From Basidiobolus meristosporus CBS 931.73 (lineage: Eukaryota > Fungi > Basidiobolomycota), in assembly GCA_002104905.1 (NCBI GenBank), contig MCFE01000170.1, positions 62,001 to 126,000 on the forward strand: 64,000 bases of DNA, read 5' to 3'. The notes under the pieces were generated by a model. It did not search any database. It saw only the letters and a program-made list of their open reading frames with translations, and had not been told where the DNA came from. Made by a program: the position numbers and the translations under genes. Of the stretch, positions 38,294 to 52,477 are shown piece after piece. Position 1 is the first letter of the stretch. Every line of letters starts with the position of its first letter.

Positions 38294-39459
38294 ATGGCTG
38301 CTCCGGAAAACCCACCTAGTTGCACATGTCGATATGGTCTAGATGGGTCGATGGAGGTTGTGGGCCACAGACTCTAAACCTTCCAGGACCAATGACCACG
38401 TACATTGCTGGACGTCGATGTGGATTGTTGGCTACACATCCAAAGCCATTTCTCAGTAACTCATCTACCGTCGAGGTGGTTGTCTGATAGCAATCGCCAG
38501 CATTGTACACAAACATGTTTTACCGGCACCAGTGGGCGAACGGCTGTGGCCGGTACTCACCCTGTGGTAGGTTATACACATGACTAATGGCAGACAGATG
38601 CAGCACTGTTGCCAGCAGTTTTCTCAGTCACCCAAGTCGGGACATATGGGGATAGATTCAGTCCCAATCCGGTATCATATGGTATAAGGCTGACTCATCG
38701 GGCGAGCGGGGGCGCGATTGGCTGATGCCACTTGCTAATCAAGCTAAGACCAAATCCCTTAAACAAGTAAAAGCTGCTATGTTGAAACTTTCCAACATCT
38801 AGACTAGACAGCATCAATTAGTACAAGCCTACATGTGGCTAGGAAGCCAATCAATGTTCCCGTGGGATTTTCTTATTTCTGAATCATGCTTGCGGCCCGC
38901 CTCTGCAACACCCAGCCAACCAGCAATCCATGGCCCCAACAAATGATCTGTCCATCCGGATGCATTTGTTCTTCATGAGCCGATTCCATATGAGCACCAC
39001 CCATCGATACGGATCGGTCATTTACAAAGCGAGGTATACAGGAACCAACTGTAGCGGTAGACAACCGCCCATTGTTTTCCAGCTCGTCAATGGCCATCGA
39101 CTACAGACAAGCATTATGGAATACATAGCAACCCTGTTTACCCTTTGCAGTGGTTAGCTCCACCCGATAGGGTGAGAAATATGCCTATGTTTTGGTAGGT
39201 GGAGAGATTTAATCATCACAGTCAGATTTACCATCATCCAATATGGTAATCCAGGTGTCCAGGTGTGACTGAATATCCAATTTGTTAGTGCATGAACGTT
39301 ATCAGTATTTGGTGCACTTCAATGTTGGGTTAGATATACTCTCTCTTTACGAAGTTCAGTCTCTTCTCAAACCCTTTACAATACAGTCCCCCGATAGTTT
39401 ACATCCTTCCAGTAAACTTGCTGTTGAAACCCAACCTGTTTGGGTGTCCCTCATCCTAA

Positions 39460-42400
39460 ATGAATTCCCTCTTATCTTTGAACCCTCTTTCCTCCCGCTT
39501 GTCCATTCGGAGGCCGTTCGGTAGGAAAAGCCCTCGTCAATTGACCTCCACCAGCAACCGACCCGAGCCTTCCACATCTAGCGCTCTCCCGATTCTCCCC
39601 CCTGAACAAATCAGCAGCGAGCCGCCTGCACCTGTAATGCCAGAAGTTTTCGGCAACTCACCAAATCGATTTAATCTCGCTCGAATCCTCCCAGGCCGGG
39701 AGAGAGAGGCCATTCCCCTCACACCGGAAAATCGCTTAGAGAAGTTATTGAAGAAAGCCAAGCCATTTTTTGACGAGCGTGCTAAGCCTAGGCTCCGGTT
39801 TTTGGCGCTATGGAATCTTCTTGGTATGCTTTCAACGTAGTGTTCTATTGGAAACACGACACCCCGGGTCTTTATATGGCACTTACGGTTTTTGTCAAAC
39901 GAAGATGTTGCAGATGATTTGGATCAGGCAGTGTTTTTTCAGGAGCATGCGGATAAGATTTACTCAGCTGTCTATTGCTCGTTCATTGCACAGTCCGATA
40001 AGATTCGAAGTAAGTGCTTCCCAAACCCTTTCGATTCTCAGCCGGTGATATACACCTTCAGCCCTTTCCTCTCTATCTGACTCCTCACTCAATCCCTCTC
40101 AAATACTTAGAGCGAGCAGAGAGGCCAAATTCCTTTAACTCCAAAGATATGGTAACTCTAATCAAAATTCTGATGCTTTTACGGAAAATCTTCCTTCTGT
40201 TGCCTGACAAAATCCGACAGCGTTGGCATCAGAAAGAAATAGGTATGGTTTCCTGACGCGTCTCCTTGACAATCGGCCCTCTAACACCCCACATTCATAT
40301 ACGCCTATTAGCACACGTCTTGACCCAAATACTGAGTAGTGGAAATCATTACAAACTTCGAGAGATCGGGCTACGCCTGTTGCTGATATGGATCAATGTG
40401 CAAAGCGCTGAAACCCCAGAGAGTCGGGAGTTGTACCGGAACGCGGTTCCGCTTGGAATTTTCTTTCAGGAACTGGGTCGATCGGACTTGGTATTGCACC
40501 AGGAAACGATTGGCGACCTTAGCTGCATTCCGATCTATCCCGCAACCCACTTTCTACAGATCTCCGAAGTTGGGGAACTGATCCAGCTCATTCTCGACAA
40601 TATTACGTATCTGGCCCATGTCGCGGCAGGCTCCACCCCTCCGTGCGACAAAATACGAATTTTAGAGACAGACGACATAGAGAGCGGCGTGGCGGTTGGG
40701 GTTGGGATTGATGCGGCGTACGCATCCGCAAAGCTTATGTTCGAGCTGTTCAAGCAGCATTACTTGGTAAAGCTGTTTCCACAGTGCGCCAGGCGGCTTG
40801 AGCTGATCGATATTCCCAGAGACCAAGGTTTGTTCTTCGTGACGAGTGCCGGATTCGATTTGACGATATCTTATTCAAGCCTTCCTGCTCATTAGCATTC
40901 GGGTTCCCGAGCTGCCCCCCTTCCGCTTTGCATAAGTTGGTCAGCTTCTTGGTGGAGCACTGTGTTGACGAGTTGAAAGGGAACCCAAAAACCACCACTT
41001 CCCCTGCTTGCCCGATTCTAAAAACCATCGTCCTTGGGTCCCCGGCGAACCGAGAATTCATTCATGACATCATCGCCAATGCACTGTCGTTACCTATCCA
41101 GGATCTGCAGAATCTGGAGAGTGCGCGTGGGGCTGCTTATATACTGGCGGTGTGGATGTTGAGTGGGGTAAGATCAGCATTGTAAAAGCCCGATTGAAGG
41201 ATGCCAACTGATGTTCCTCGTCAGGACAACGAACGCCCCTCCTTTCTACGCCGTAGCAGCAAAGCTAACACGGATCTATTGGATGTTCCTGGCACATCGG
41301 GCGATGGCACTTTTGCCCAAGCCAACAGCTATCTGCGGCAATACTTTAGCATGCTAGTATCGGTCCTTGAGACCGGGTTTGAAAGCTACAACAACAATAC
41401 GAAGCAGGAGATCCTGATACGAGAGGTTCTATCTATATTCAGAGCGGTGTCGCAGAATGGAACCATCCAGTTGGAGGAGGAAACTTGGTAATTGATAGAT
41501 TCCCAACCAACTGTAAAGGGCTCACTAACGCAGAGAATCACATCTTGTAGGGAGAGTCTGCTCGTGCTTCTGGTGAATTCTTTCATCGTTTTCGCCACGA
41601 AAGCGCGGGAAGTACCCAACTGTGATCTGCCCGATGACTTGGTGAACTACTTCATCGAGGTAAGAAGGGATAGAGTGATTGAGTTGTTAGTCACCGTAAT
41701 TGACCATGTGCCTCTCTCAGACATTGTTTTTTGTATGGGGGCGATCAATGACCCATAACGAAAGACTCTGGAGTAAGCTGAATACGGAGATTCTGAAGAC
41801 CCCAAGATGGATTCAAACCGTTACCCAGTGGAGGGTAAGGTGGCCCAGCTATTTGGTTGTGGATCATGGCCACTCACAGAGATATCTTGGAAACGGTTGT
41901 GTAGAGCATTATGAACCAGCTGGTGCGTATACTTGGCGAGGTATACTACGAAACCGATTACGAGCACAGACAACCACGGAAAGCTCGACCGCGGCCTGCC
42001 AGTATAGCAGTAGTGGTTCGGAAATCATCTCGACCTGCCTCCAGTGTTGTTGAGGCTGTCGGGCGAGATGAGGCGACTCTAACTGTATACAGCCACCTCT
42101 CTGGCACCAGCAACGATACAAGGAGGATACAAAACGATGCGAACGTCAGCGTAAGGCGGAGCTCCTCACATCTGAGACTGTTCAATCCAGATTTGAATAG
42201 CACCAACCCTGACAAAAGCCATCCAAATGAGAATGCACTTGCCTCTCTCAAGGTTCGTTTGATCTGATCACTGCTATCGAACATTGTTTTAACAGGATTG
42301 GGGTCCATAGGCGCTGATGCCAGTGTTCACCGATCAGCAGATCGATAACACCAGTCCAATCAACCGCAGGTAGGTGTTGCATAGATTTGTGTTGGCTCGA

Positions 42401-45400
42401 GTGCCAAGTTGCTCACCAGCCCTAATACCACTGCTGCATTCAGGCTTACCATGGAATTCGCCAACATTGAAGACTCTGGATTCACTCATCTTTCCACCCT
42501 AAACTGGAGCAAAGAGGCGATTGCCTCGATGTGGAAAAATTTCTTGCACCTTTTAGGAAATCCAAACGAGATTACAGTATGGTTATTCGGCTGATCCTTC
42601 TTTGGGCGCTGCTAACGTGCACTCTGCCTTCAATTGTCCCAGGACCCTACTGCACACACCAATGCCATCCGTTGCCTTGTAGAAATGTGGGATGTCCTCG
42701 CGCAGGTTCTTCAAATTTTTCGTACTTTTACTCAGCCGGAAAGTGTCTGATGGATATTGATGTTTGCCAGATCCGTTCCGAGCAGGCCTTTACGGCCCCA
42801 TACAAGCCAAATCTATTCGAGTTTGCGCCATGGATTTTCCAGGCCTCCGAAATGTCTTCGTAATCGCACCCACATATCGCTTAGATTCACCACTTGGGCT
42901 CACAGACAGGTTTTGTAGGGTTTTCAGAGAGGGGCATCTTTTAGCCTTTGGGTGTGTCTGCCGGATGCTATGTCACCTGCAAGAAGACAAAATAGCCGAT
43001 GTGTACTACGCCAACTTCTATCGCATTTTACTTCGGGTAATGCTGCGTTGGGCATGCAATCATTTCTTAACACTCAGCTAAAGCTCTAACCACCCACAGG
43101 GATTGAGTATCCAAGATAACGAGCTGCACCATTTGCTCTTTGTCAATTGCCGGAAACTGTTTGGGCTGGCATTACCTGGTTGCCCTACGGTAATACCAGC
43201 TTTCCTGTCTACGATCAAGAAGACCGTAGGTGATTCTTTGTATTACTGGAAACGTTGAAAGATACTGAGCCTGTTTTTCAATAGTTAAACTCCAGTGCTA
43301 GATACATGGCCCACTATGTGAACGAGCCGATGTGCCAGAACGCCGTCACGATTCTCCTCTCGGTACTCTGTTTCCCCAACCAATTCCCTACCCTGCGGAT
43401 TCCCAATGTTTTCGTCAAAAATACTTCCCCCACTGATATCAAGCTGCTCGAATATTACGATGCTCAAGAGGTACATCCCATGCCAGTAGCCCCACGTTAT
43501 TCTCGACTTACCCGATGTATCGTAGCTCAAAAACGAGTTGGAGCACACCCTTTTCTCTTGCCTGTCGGAAACGAAGAAACTCTACCGACTTTCAGACAAA
43601 ACCGCCCAGACACACTCCATGTTGCTGAACGGCGTATGTGTTCTAGCATTTGATGAGCTTCTCACCAACCCTAGGTTAGTATTTAGTGTCAACCGTTGTC
43701 TTTCGATATTGATGACTGGCAACATCTGACGTCGTACTGTCTAGCCCGTCCGCTTCAATGATTCAATTATGCGTTCAATCGATCTTGGAACACCTGTATT
43801 GCCATGTATTCTCGGTAGTTATCAACGTTATCGAATGCCTGTACACATTCTCAGGGTATACCGAGAAACTACGTGTCATCAACCAGGTAAGAACAATCTT
43901 ATATTCATGGCCGCGACTGACTAACACAGCTCCATGTATAAAGAGTATGGTTTACGACATAATCGGGAACCTTATTAGCGCCATTGATGAGTATATTGAG
44001 GTCGTGAATGGTGACACGATCTCCGAAACAGGTACAGCTCCTGCGATGCAATGCACCATCTACACTTACTGAAGTACCTCGGTATTGCAGGGTTCATCGT
44101 TGCTAGACTATTTTACTGCCTTTTGGAGTGGATCATGTACTCCCCATCAGAGTTCATGTCGCATTCAGGGCTGCGCCAGATGATATTCGTCACATTGGAA
44201 AAAGCGATTCAGCTCGAAGTACCCGAGAAAACGGACTTCGACCTACAGACTCACAAAATCAGAGGTTACCGGAATTTCAGCGAAATCTCTTATTCGTACA
44301 CTGCCCGGACCACCACCACCCTACCCAAAAGCCCCAATGAGAAGGGGGAGCATAGCGGCAGCAAAGAGAAACTCGCCTCCAATATTATTCAAGTAAGATC
44401 TCCGCGTACATTAAGAAGTCGCCAAGGGCTTACGGAACTCTGATTAGGAATCTGGAGAAATCGTTCTCGCGCATCTTTTGAATTATTTCAGCAACCAGTC
44501 ACAGGGAGCCTCCTCGGCGCAAGGGTTTGTGTGGTACGATGGCTTGTTGTTTGGCCAATATATACTCACTCCTGTTAGATCCAGCACGTTGCCTGAGGCT
44601 GTTGAAACCTCAGAAACGCCCCAAACTAATGGAGAGAATGTCGCTCACTTCATATACAACAACAACACTCTCCTCACCTTGCTGAGATCACCAAACGGCG
44701 ATGGAGGTAAGAGCTAAAGCCGGATATTTCAAACAACCTGCTGACCTCATGCTTCCAGAGGTGAAAATATTCGCTCGAAATATGACCGGAAAATACACCT
44801 GGGACCCACGAGTCTTCTATGAGGCACCGTTACCAGATTTACCAGATGTTAGCGCTAATCATCAAACATCTCAAGCCCCGGAAGCTTTCATTGGCTCTAC
44901 TGAGCCAACTCTCAAGGAGGAACCAGAAAGGTATTTCTCGGTAACTTCCTGAACTCTACGACTCTCGATTGACTGTGATCGGTTTCCAAATTAGCCCCGA
45001 TTGCGGTCCTGAAGTTATATCTGAGCAGGCATCTAGACCCAAGTCGGACGATCCTTGCGATTATCCACTGCCTCCCTCGCCCGCTAGCTCCCAAGATCCA
45101 GAATCCGACATTTCGGCCAAGGAAGGTGGCTCATCTTTCTCAGACGCCAGCCCCACAAGGTAACCTATGAATGCGCCCTCTTCACAAGCACCCATACTAA
45201 CCATACTGTCATCAAAGCGATCCTATCGAGTCCGCAACTGATCCTTTCCCGACGGTGACGGCTCGGCCAGAGAGAGCATCTACACTGCAACGCCAGAAAA
45301 CGCTACTCCTAAGCCACTTGGGAATGCTAAATCAAAACATCACCGGGGAGGAGACGTTCATTCACCTAAATCAGACCAGTTCCTTGGACCGAGATATCAG

Positions 45401-46424
45401 AGGACTTGATAAGAGGCCAGGGTAATTAGACCACAGTTCACTCCTTTCGGGCAACATGCTAAGAGCTCCGTTTCCCACTGACCTATATAGCCGAGAGACC
45501 GTGAAAATAGGAGTTTTGTACGTCGGCCCGGGCCAAGAAGATGAAAGTAGCATCCTATCGAACTCCGAAGGAAGCCCAGCCTACGAGCGCTTTCTTCACG
45601 AGCTAGGGCAAGAGGTTGAATTGGAAACTCACCCAGGCTATCTTGGTGGCCTGGAGAAGAACTTGACCACCGGGAAAACCGCGATTTATCACTCTTCTAT
45701 TAGTGTTGAGATGATGTTCCACGATGTCACCAGAATCCCGACCAATCCGAATGATCCCAAGCAATTGAAAAAGGTTTGGTGGGACTTACTTATAGCAACA
45801 TGCTTAGATCATGTACACTAATACGGGGGACCATCGTTAGAAACGTCACATTGGAAACGACCATGTCCATATTGTATGGAATGAGCATTGTCGTGAGTAT
45901 CGAAGAAGCACCATTGGTGGGGATTTTGGCAACGTCCAAATCATTATCACTCCTACGCCAAATGGTTTGTACGGTATCGATGTGTATAGGGACTCAGAGG
46001 TCTGTATCCTTGTGTTTTTGTGAAGAGACCTCAGCTAATGGAAGTGCATGCAGATTCCCCTGTTCGGGCCAGTTCTGGATGGCATGGTACTACCAGACGC
46101 ACTACTTGCTCCTTTAATAAGGATGACTGCGCTAAATGCTTCACGATATGCCATCTATCATCCCTTCATACTGTACCGCCACCCGTATCCTTTTCAACTT
46201 CAACGATTTTTCAAAGCTGAGCAGCCTGTTGTTCGCCTTAACCTCTTGCCATAGATATACACATAGAGCCAACGACATCAAAACGATATGCAGGCGCCAC
46301 GCCTCCAAGAAATGGTATGTTGTCTAACGCTTGGAACTCGCGCTGGACATACAAATAACCCATCCCCCCCACCAGGACCTACAATCAGTTCCTGACAAAA
46401 CTTTTCCCGCTTTTTGGCAGCTAA
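39460..46424 (+). CDS. RALGAPA: Ral GTPase-activating protein alpha subunit-like (multi-exon, C-terminal Rap/Ran-GAP domain)
   Basis: N-terminal LLPDKIRQRW..GNHYKLREIGLRLLLIW matches the RalGAP-alpha N-terminus; GAP domain KIGVLYVGPGQEDE..YLGGLE..KRHIGNDHVHIVWNE with the Asn thumb; many GT-AG introns; exon borders only partly resolved. Confidence 0.85.
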
Positions 46425-47840
46425 TCTCCGCTCCGTACATTTCCCTACACACCCTATAGCTTCTCACCCTATTTACCTGTATTACCTATGCAAAATCTAA
46501 TGTTTTTCTTCTTACCAGCATCCCATAGCCACCTACAACCCCTTTAGTCCTTCCCTAATAGCTTCACCGTTTCGTTCCACTCCCCTTTCTCCACACGTCA
46601 CATAGTTCTACCCGCATGATACACCCTATGTCCCCGGGCCAGCCCGGAGACCATCCAAACCCCGAGTACATCATATAGCACTCTTTTTCTTTTGGACCAC
46701 CCTCCTTACCTCACAACTCTTGTACCATAGTAGCTCTTTAATTAAACTGGTATCATTTCGATGCGTTCGCTCTGTTTGAGCCTCTACAAAGGGCCGGTCG
46801 ATCAACAGGGATCATCAAGATACTGTTTGATCAGATTGTCTCCCGTACCACCCACCCTCTAATCACTATCAAGGGCAGATGCGACTGCGTGAGCCCCGGC
46901 ATTGATCGGGCGTATATGGAATGCCAACATCTTCATCGAAGTTGCCAGCACATGGCATCATCGGCCTGGATTTCAAATCAACTTCGGTACAACTTGTCAG
47001 TTGGATGTGTTGTGGAATCCAACCTGCCATGTGGTTCGTCATTAGGCAACGGTCACAGCTGGCGGAACAATACGGATCGCTTGAGAGGGTGATGCGGGAC
47101 ACCCTCTGGAAGTAGAATCGAGCGGATCTGCCATGCTCTGCGACAAGCCAACATCATGGAAGGGGTACGGTTGCACGATATCCTTCACCATGGCGTTCAA
47201 GGGGCTCTGCTGATGCGGTGCAGCTTTGATCGCGGCCCCAAATCAGTTCACACGGCCTACATGATGATTTTGGGCACGGAGCCTATTGGAAGCCTGCGTT
47301 GACGACGATTGGTAGGCTAATCATGATTGATATTTACTAATTAGGGATAGTGACTTGTGCGTATCTCATCAGCCATCTGACCTGGCAGCAATGCCGGCTT
47401 CATATGTGGTAGGCTGGATGGGCTAATTGTGAGCATCAGTCCGTGAATCACCCATCTTGTGTTTCCCGCTATGTCGTGGAGCTGGATCTACAGTAACAGT
47501 CGGCGGTTCCTATCTGCCACCATGGCACCCCGGGATCCTGGCATGGAGTAAGGGACATGAGGCACGAGATGGGAATCTGATCCTGACCAAGGTCACCGGC
47601 CATCAGAGATCTAGATAATCTACAGGGAGGTCAGCAGGAGAAAAAGATCTCATCCCAAGTTCGCCGGGATGATTATCAATCCACGAAGTATCTAATTTCT
47701 TTTCGTGGTACTCTTCTTCGCTTGGATTTTCAATCAATTTTTATCCCATCACATAAAGCACCGTTACCATTCTCCCGGATAGCTCGAAGTTTGGTGTGTC
47801 TCCTTTGTCACAGGCCTCTCAGTAAGAAAGACTCTCCTAA

Positions 47841-49214
<1,374 letters not shown>

Positions 49215-49767
49215 TGCTGGCCCGCCACTGGTGTAACTCATAAAGCATCCCCTCCACTTACTTCATTTCATTCCCTTACATAAATCACCCTTCCATTGAA
49301 GATAATTCGACATAATAAATCCATTCAAATGAGGCCGCCCTCTCCAAAGCCAACTCGCCTTGGCCCAAGTCTATTGCGCACATTGCCGTCGCGGCCACGT
49401 GGCTCGACGGTCAGTGGCTGATATCTCATTCTTGAGTGCATTGACGACATTGACGCTTTGGCCAATCGCATCGATGGAAGTGGGAACATTACACACCATT
49501 CAGAATTACTCAGGAATCAGGATCCGAACCAAGGTGGGCGGGGATTACTTAAGAGAAGCCTTGTGGCTAGAGGTCGCTACCGTCTTTGTTTTCTCTGGCA
49601 TGCTTCGATTCCAGGTACTTCATAAGGTGAGCGACCCTACCCCATGATTCACACGCGACGTGCTCTGACATAGCCATGGCTCCAGGTTACTTACCGCGGC
49701 GCTATCCGTACATTCTCCCAGGTATGGAGGCCCACCTACATTCTTCTTTCCAGATACCAACTAAGCC

Positions 49768-50151
49768 ATGATAAAGGGGACCCTGGCTGCTCAAAATCGA
49801 TTCACCGACTTGGTTCGGTTGGCCCGGGACGACGCCAAGATCGAAGAAATCAGCGTATCCACCCTCAAGGCCTCATACGACCCGAAAAAGCACCAGATTG
49901 TTGACGTGCGTGAGGTGTCCGAGCAACACAAGGGGATTATACCAGAGGCGATATGCCTACCACGTGGTATCCTCGAGAGGGATATCGAGAAGAAGGTCCC
50001 GATTTCCAAGGAGGTGGTGGTCTATTGTGCGGGTGGACTGCGCTCCATACTAGCTGCCGAGAATCTGAAGAGGATGGGCTACTCCGTGAAAAGCCTGCAA
50101 GGCGGATACGACGTATGGAAGGAGAGTGGTGGCGAGATCTCGAAATACTAG
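49768..50151 (+). CDS. Single-domain rhodanese/sulfurtransferase (upstream exons possible)
   Basis: IVDVRE, GIIPEA, active-site loop YCAGGLRS, LQGGYDVW. Confidence 0.88.
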   Translation: MIKGTLAAQNRFTDLVRLARDDAKIEEISVSTLKASYDPKKHQIVDVREVSEQHKGIIPEAICLPRGILERDIEKKVPISKEVVVYCAGGLRSILAAENLKRMGYSVKSLQGGYDVWKESGGEISKY

Positions 50152-50573
50152 ATACTTCCTGCGTTCCATGCACTTGGGCACCGAGCACCAATTTGTTCTA
50201 TCAAACATACAATAAACTGAGGTCTGCTACTTTGAAGGGCCAACGTCAGAACACGTGTCGGCTGATGCAATTGAGTTCCATCGTGGGCCACCTGGTATGG
50301 ATGGTGTTGTGTTGGCTGTCGTTTCAGATACAATGAAACGAATCCAGACATTTGGGCCTCAGAATTGATCCTTAGAATGGATTCCCATAGAAATAGAACG
50401 TGTATCTGTTACATTACCATAACATTGAGACTTGCCTTGAGGTTGGATACCTTAGCCAGCTGTTTGTCCTGAGGTGATCCTCTCCTCACCTGAAACATAT
50501 GCTTACTTGGCATCACGGACATATCCTGATGGATTTTGTGGCGAATTCAACAACATCGCCCTCTTCTAGCCGG

Positions 50574-50580
50574 TATATAA
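50574..50580 (+). promoter_or_regulatory. Putative TATA box of the Gly-rich gene
   Basis: TATATAA about 110 bp upstream of ATG 50688. Confidence 0.5.
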
Positions 50581-50687
50581 GTTGAATCCTACGCTTCGAT
50601 GCTCCATTAAAATACAGTTCTCTGTTATTTTGACCTGTAAGATAGCCTTCTCCTCTTTGTCTTTATCATAATATTCACCCCAGCAAT

Positions 50688-51764
50688 ATGCACGTCTTGG
50701 CTAGCTCCGCACTGTTACTGTGCTTGACAAGTCACTGGCTGATCTCCAGTGATGTATACGCCCTTCCAAATCCTGGGCGTTCCTTGGGGAAGTGGGCCAA
50801 AACTGATGCATTGGATCTTTGGGGCTTGGATGATGGGATTGAATTTAATTCAAGCAAATTTCATGATAATGATGAAGAGGAGGAGGAAGAAGACGACGAA
50901 GGGGATGGCAATAATAATGGTGGTTCAGGAGGTAAGAGGGGCTCTGGAGGTGGTGGTGGTGGTGGTGGCAATGGCGGCTCTGGAGGTAATGGTGGCTCCG
51001 GAGGTAATGGTGGCAATGGTGGCTCTGGAGGTGGTGGTAACGGCGGTTCTGGAGGTAACGGCGGCAATGGTGGCTCTGGAGGTAATGGCGGTAATGGTGG
51101 CTCTGGAGGTGGTGGTAATGGCGGCTCTGGAGGTAATGGCGGCAACGGTGGTTCTGGAGGTAATGGAGGTGGCGGTAGCGGTAACTATGGCGGGTCTGTA
51201 GGAAATGGTGGCTCTGGTGGCGGGGGTTTTGGTGGGCTAACTAACATTATTATCAATGGCGCATTTGGAGGAGGTCATGGCGGGGCCGGAGGTCATCGTG
51301 GGAATGGCTCGAGAAATGGTCGTGACGGAGACGATGGCGCGGATGGTGAAGATGGCGCGGATGGCGAAGATGGTAACGACGACGGGGATAGCGGCAACGA
51401 AAATACCGGAAATGGCCGTGATAGCGGCAACGCTAGTCGACTTGCAAGGATCGCACGTCATTCCCTGAGACGCATTACCAAGGTCGTTAACAAACTGAAC
51501 CAACGCATCGAAGGGATCGGCAGCACGTTGGTTCTGGCCAAAACGGATGCCCGCCTCAACAAAAAAACCTTGAGAAGATTGGGCAGAGTGGCCCTCGGGT
51601 TAAATCGGCAACTGGCCAACTTGGAAAGTAGAATGGAGGATGTAGGATCGAGATCCGACCAAGACAACAACGGTGGCAGTAGAGGCCATGGCTCTTACCG
51701 TTCCCGCTCCCGTTCTCATTCTCGTTCCCACTCTCGTTCTTGGGCTCGCTCAAGTGCATACTGA
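50688..51764 (+). CDS. Secreted glycine-rich low-complexity protein, 358 aa, function unknown
   Basis: Intronless ORF; hydrophobic signal peptide ending VYA|LP; acidic run; GGNGGS repeats with synonymous third-position variation; GxD triplets; basic helix; RS/HS tail. Confidence 0.85.
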   Translation: MHVLASSALLLCLTSHWLISSDVYALPNPGRSLGKWAKTDALDLWGLDDGIEFNSSKFHDNDEEEEEEDDEGDGNNNGGSGGKRGSGGGGGGGGNGGSGGNGGSGGNGGNGGSGGGGNGGSGGNGGNGGSGGNGGNGGSGGGGNGGSGGNGGNGGSGGNGGGGSGNYGGSVGNGGSGGGGFGGLTNIIINGAFGGGHGGAGGHRGNGSRNGRDGDDGADGEDGADGEDGNDDGDSGNENTGNGRDSGNASRLARIARHSLRRITKVVNKLNQRIEGIGSTLVLAKTDARLNKKTLRRLGRVALGLNRQLANLESRMEDVGSRSDQDNNGGSRGHGSYRSRSRSHSRSHSRSWARSSAY

Positions 51765-52477
51765 GTATCGTAGAGATTGAGTGTCATCAGATCTTTGGTT
51801 TCTGAAGAATGCATGTCCACCTTCATGATTACGGTCCATACTCATCCAGCCACCATCTCGCTCATGCAGTTGCTCAACTCATTCCCTAATGATATAGATT
51901 TGATCGCTGGCATAGTGTGGACAGTAATAAAGTCTCATACTGACAATACAGTTACCTCGATGAACGTAGGATGTATGGTGGCTTAGAGATTGCATCAAAG
52001 TAGGGCACATGAAGTCTTGATTTGCATGAGCGCCGTATTGGTAGTGGTCGGGTTAAACGTAGGTCTGGGGTTTGGGATACACCCAGTATGTTTGGCCTTT
52101 CCTACGGGATGTGCTTAGTTTGTGCATATTCACCATAGAATGTCAGCTGCCATTAGAGCTTGGAGTTCCAAGCAATACTCGCCAGAGCTGTCACCACATC
52201 CGACAAGACCGCTCGTACCGAATGCCAGATCATTCCTTTTCTTTGTAACGGGTTTATTTGGGTCGAGGCATTACCCTAGGCAGACTGTGGCTCTCTATGC
52301 AGAAGGCATATTAAAACTGACATGGGGCCCACAAATAGACAACGTCCTCGTGCAAAACAGTGATGAAAGACCATGTAAAGAAGGGTGCTTGATGGGGTTG
52401 TTTCCGGATCGTCGTGATACATATAGCATAGGTCCATAGGCTATTTACAATTGCTCTGATCGGTTGGATCGGCCCCT

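Noticed and set aside
46860-47300. Short overlapping ORFs between RalGAP and TRR1
   Set aside because: No recognisable motif or consistent frame.
50861-51145. Pro-rich minus-strand ORF (PPEPPLPP)n
   Set aside because: Antisense shadow of the Gly-rich repeat; it has no ATG start or signal peptide.
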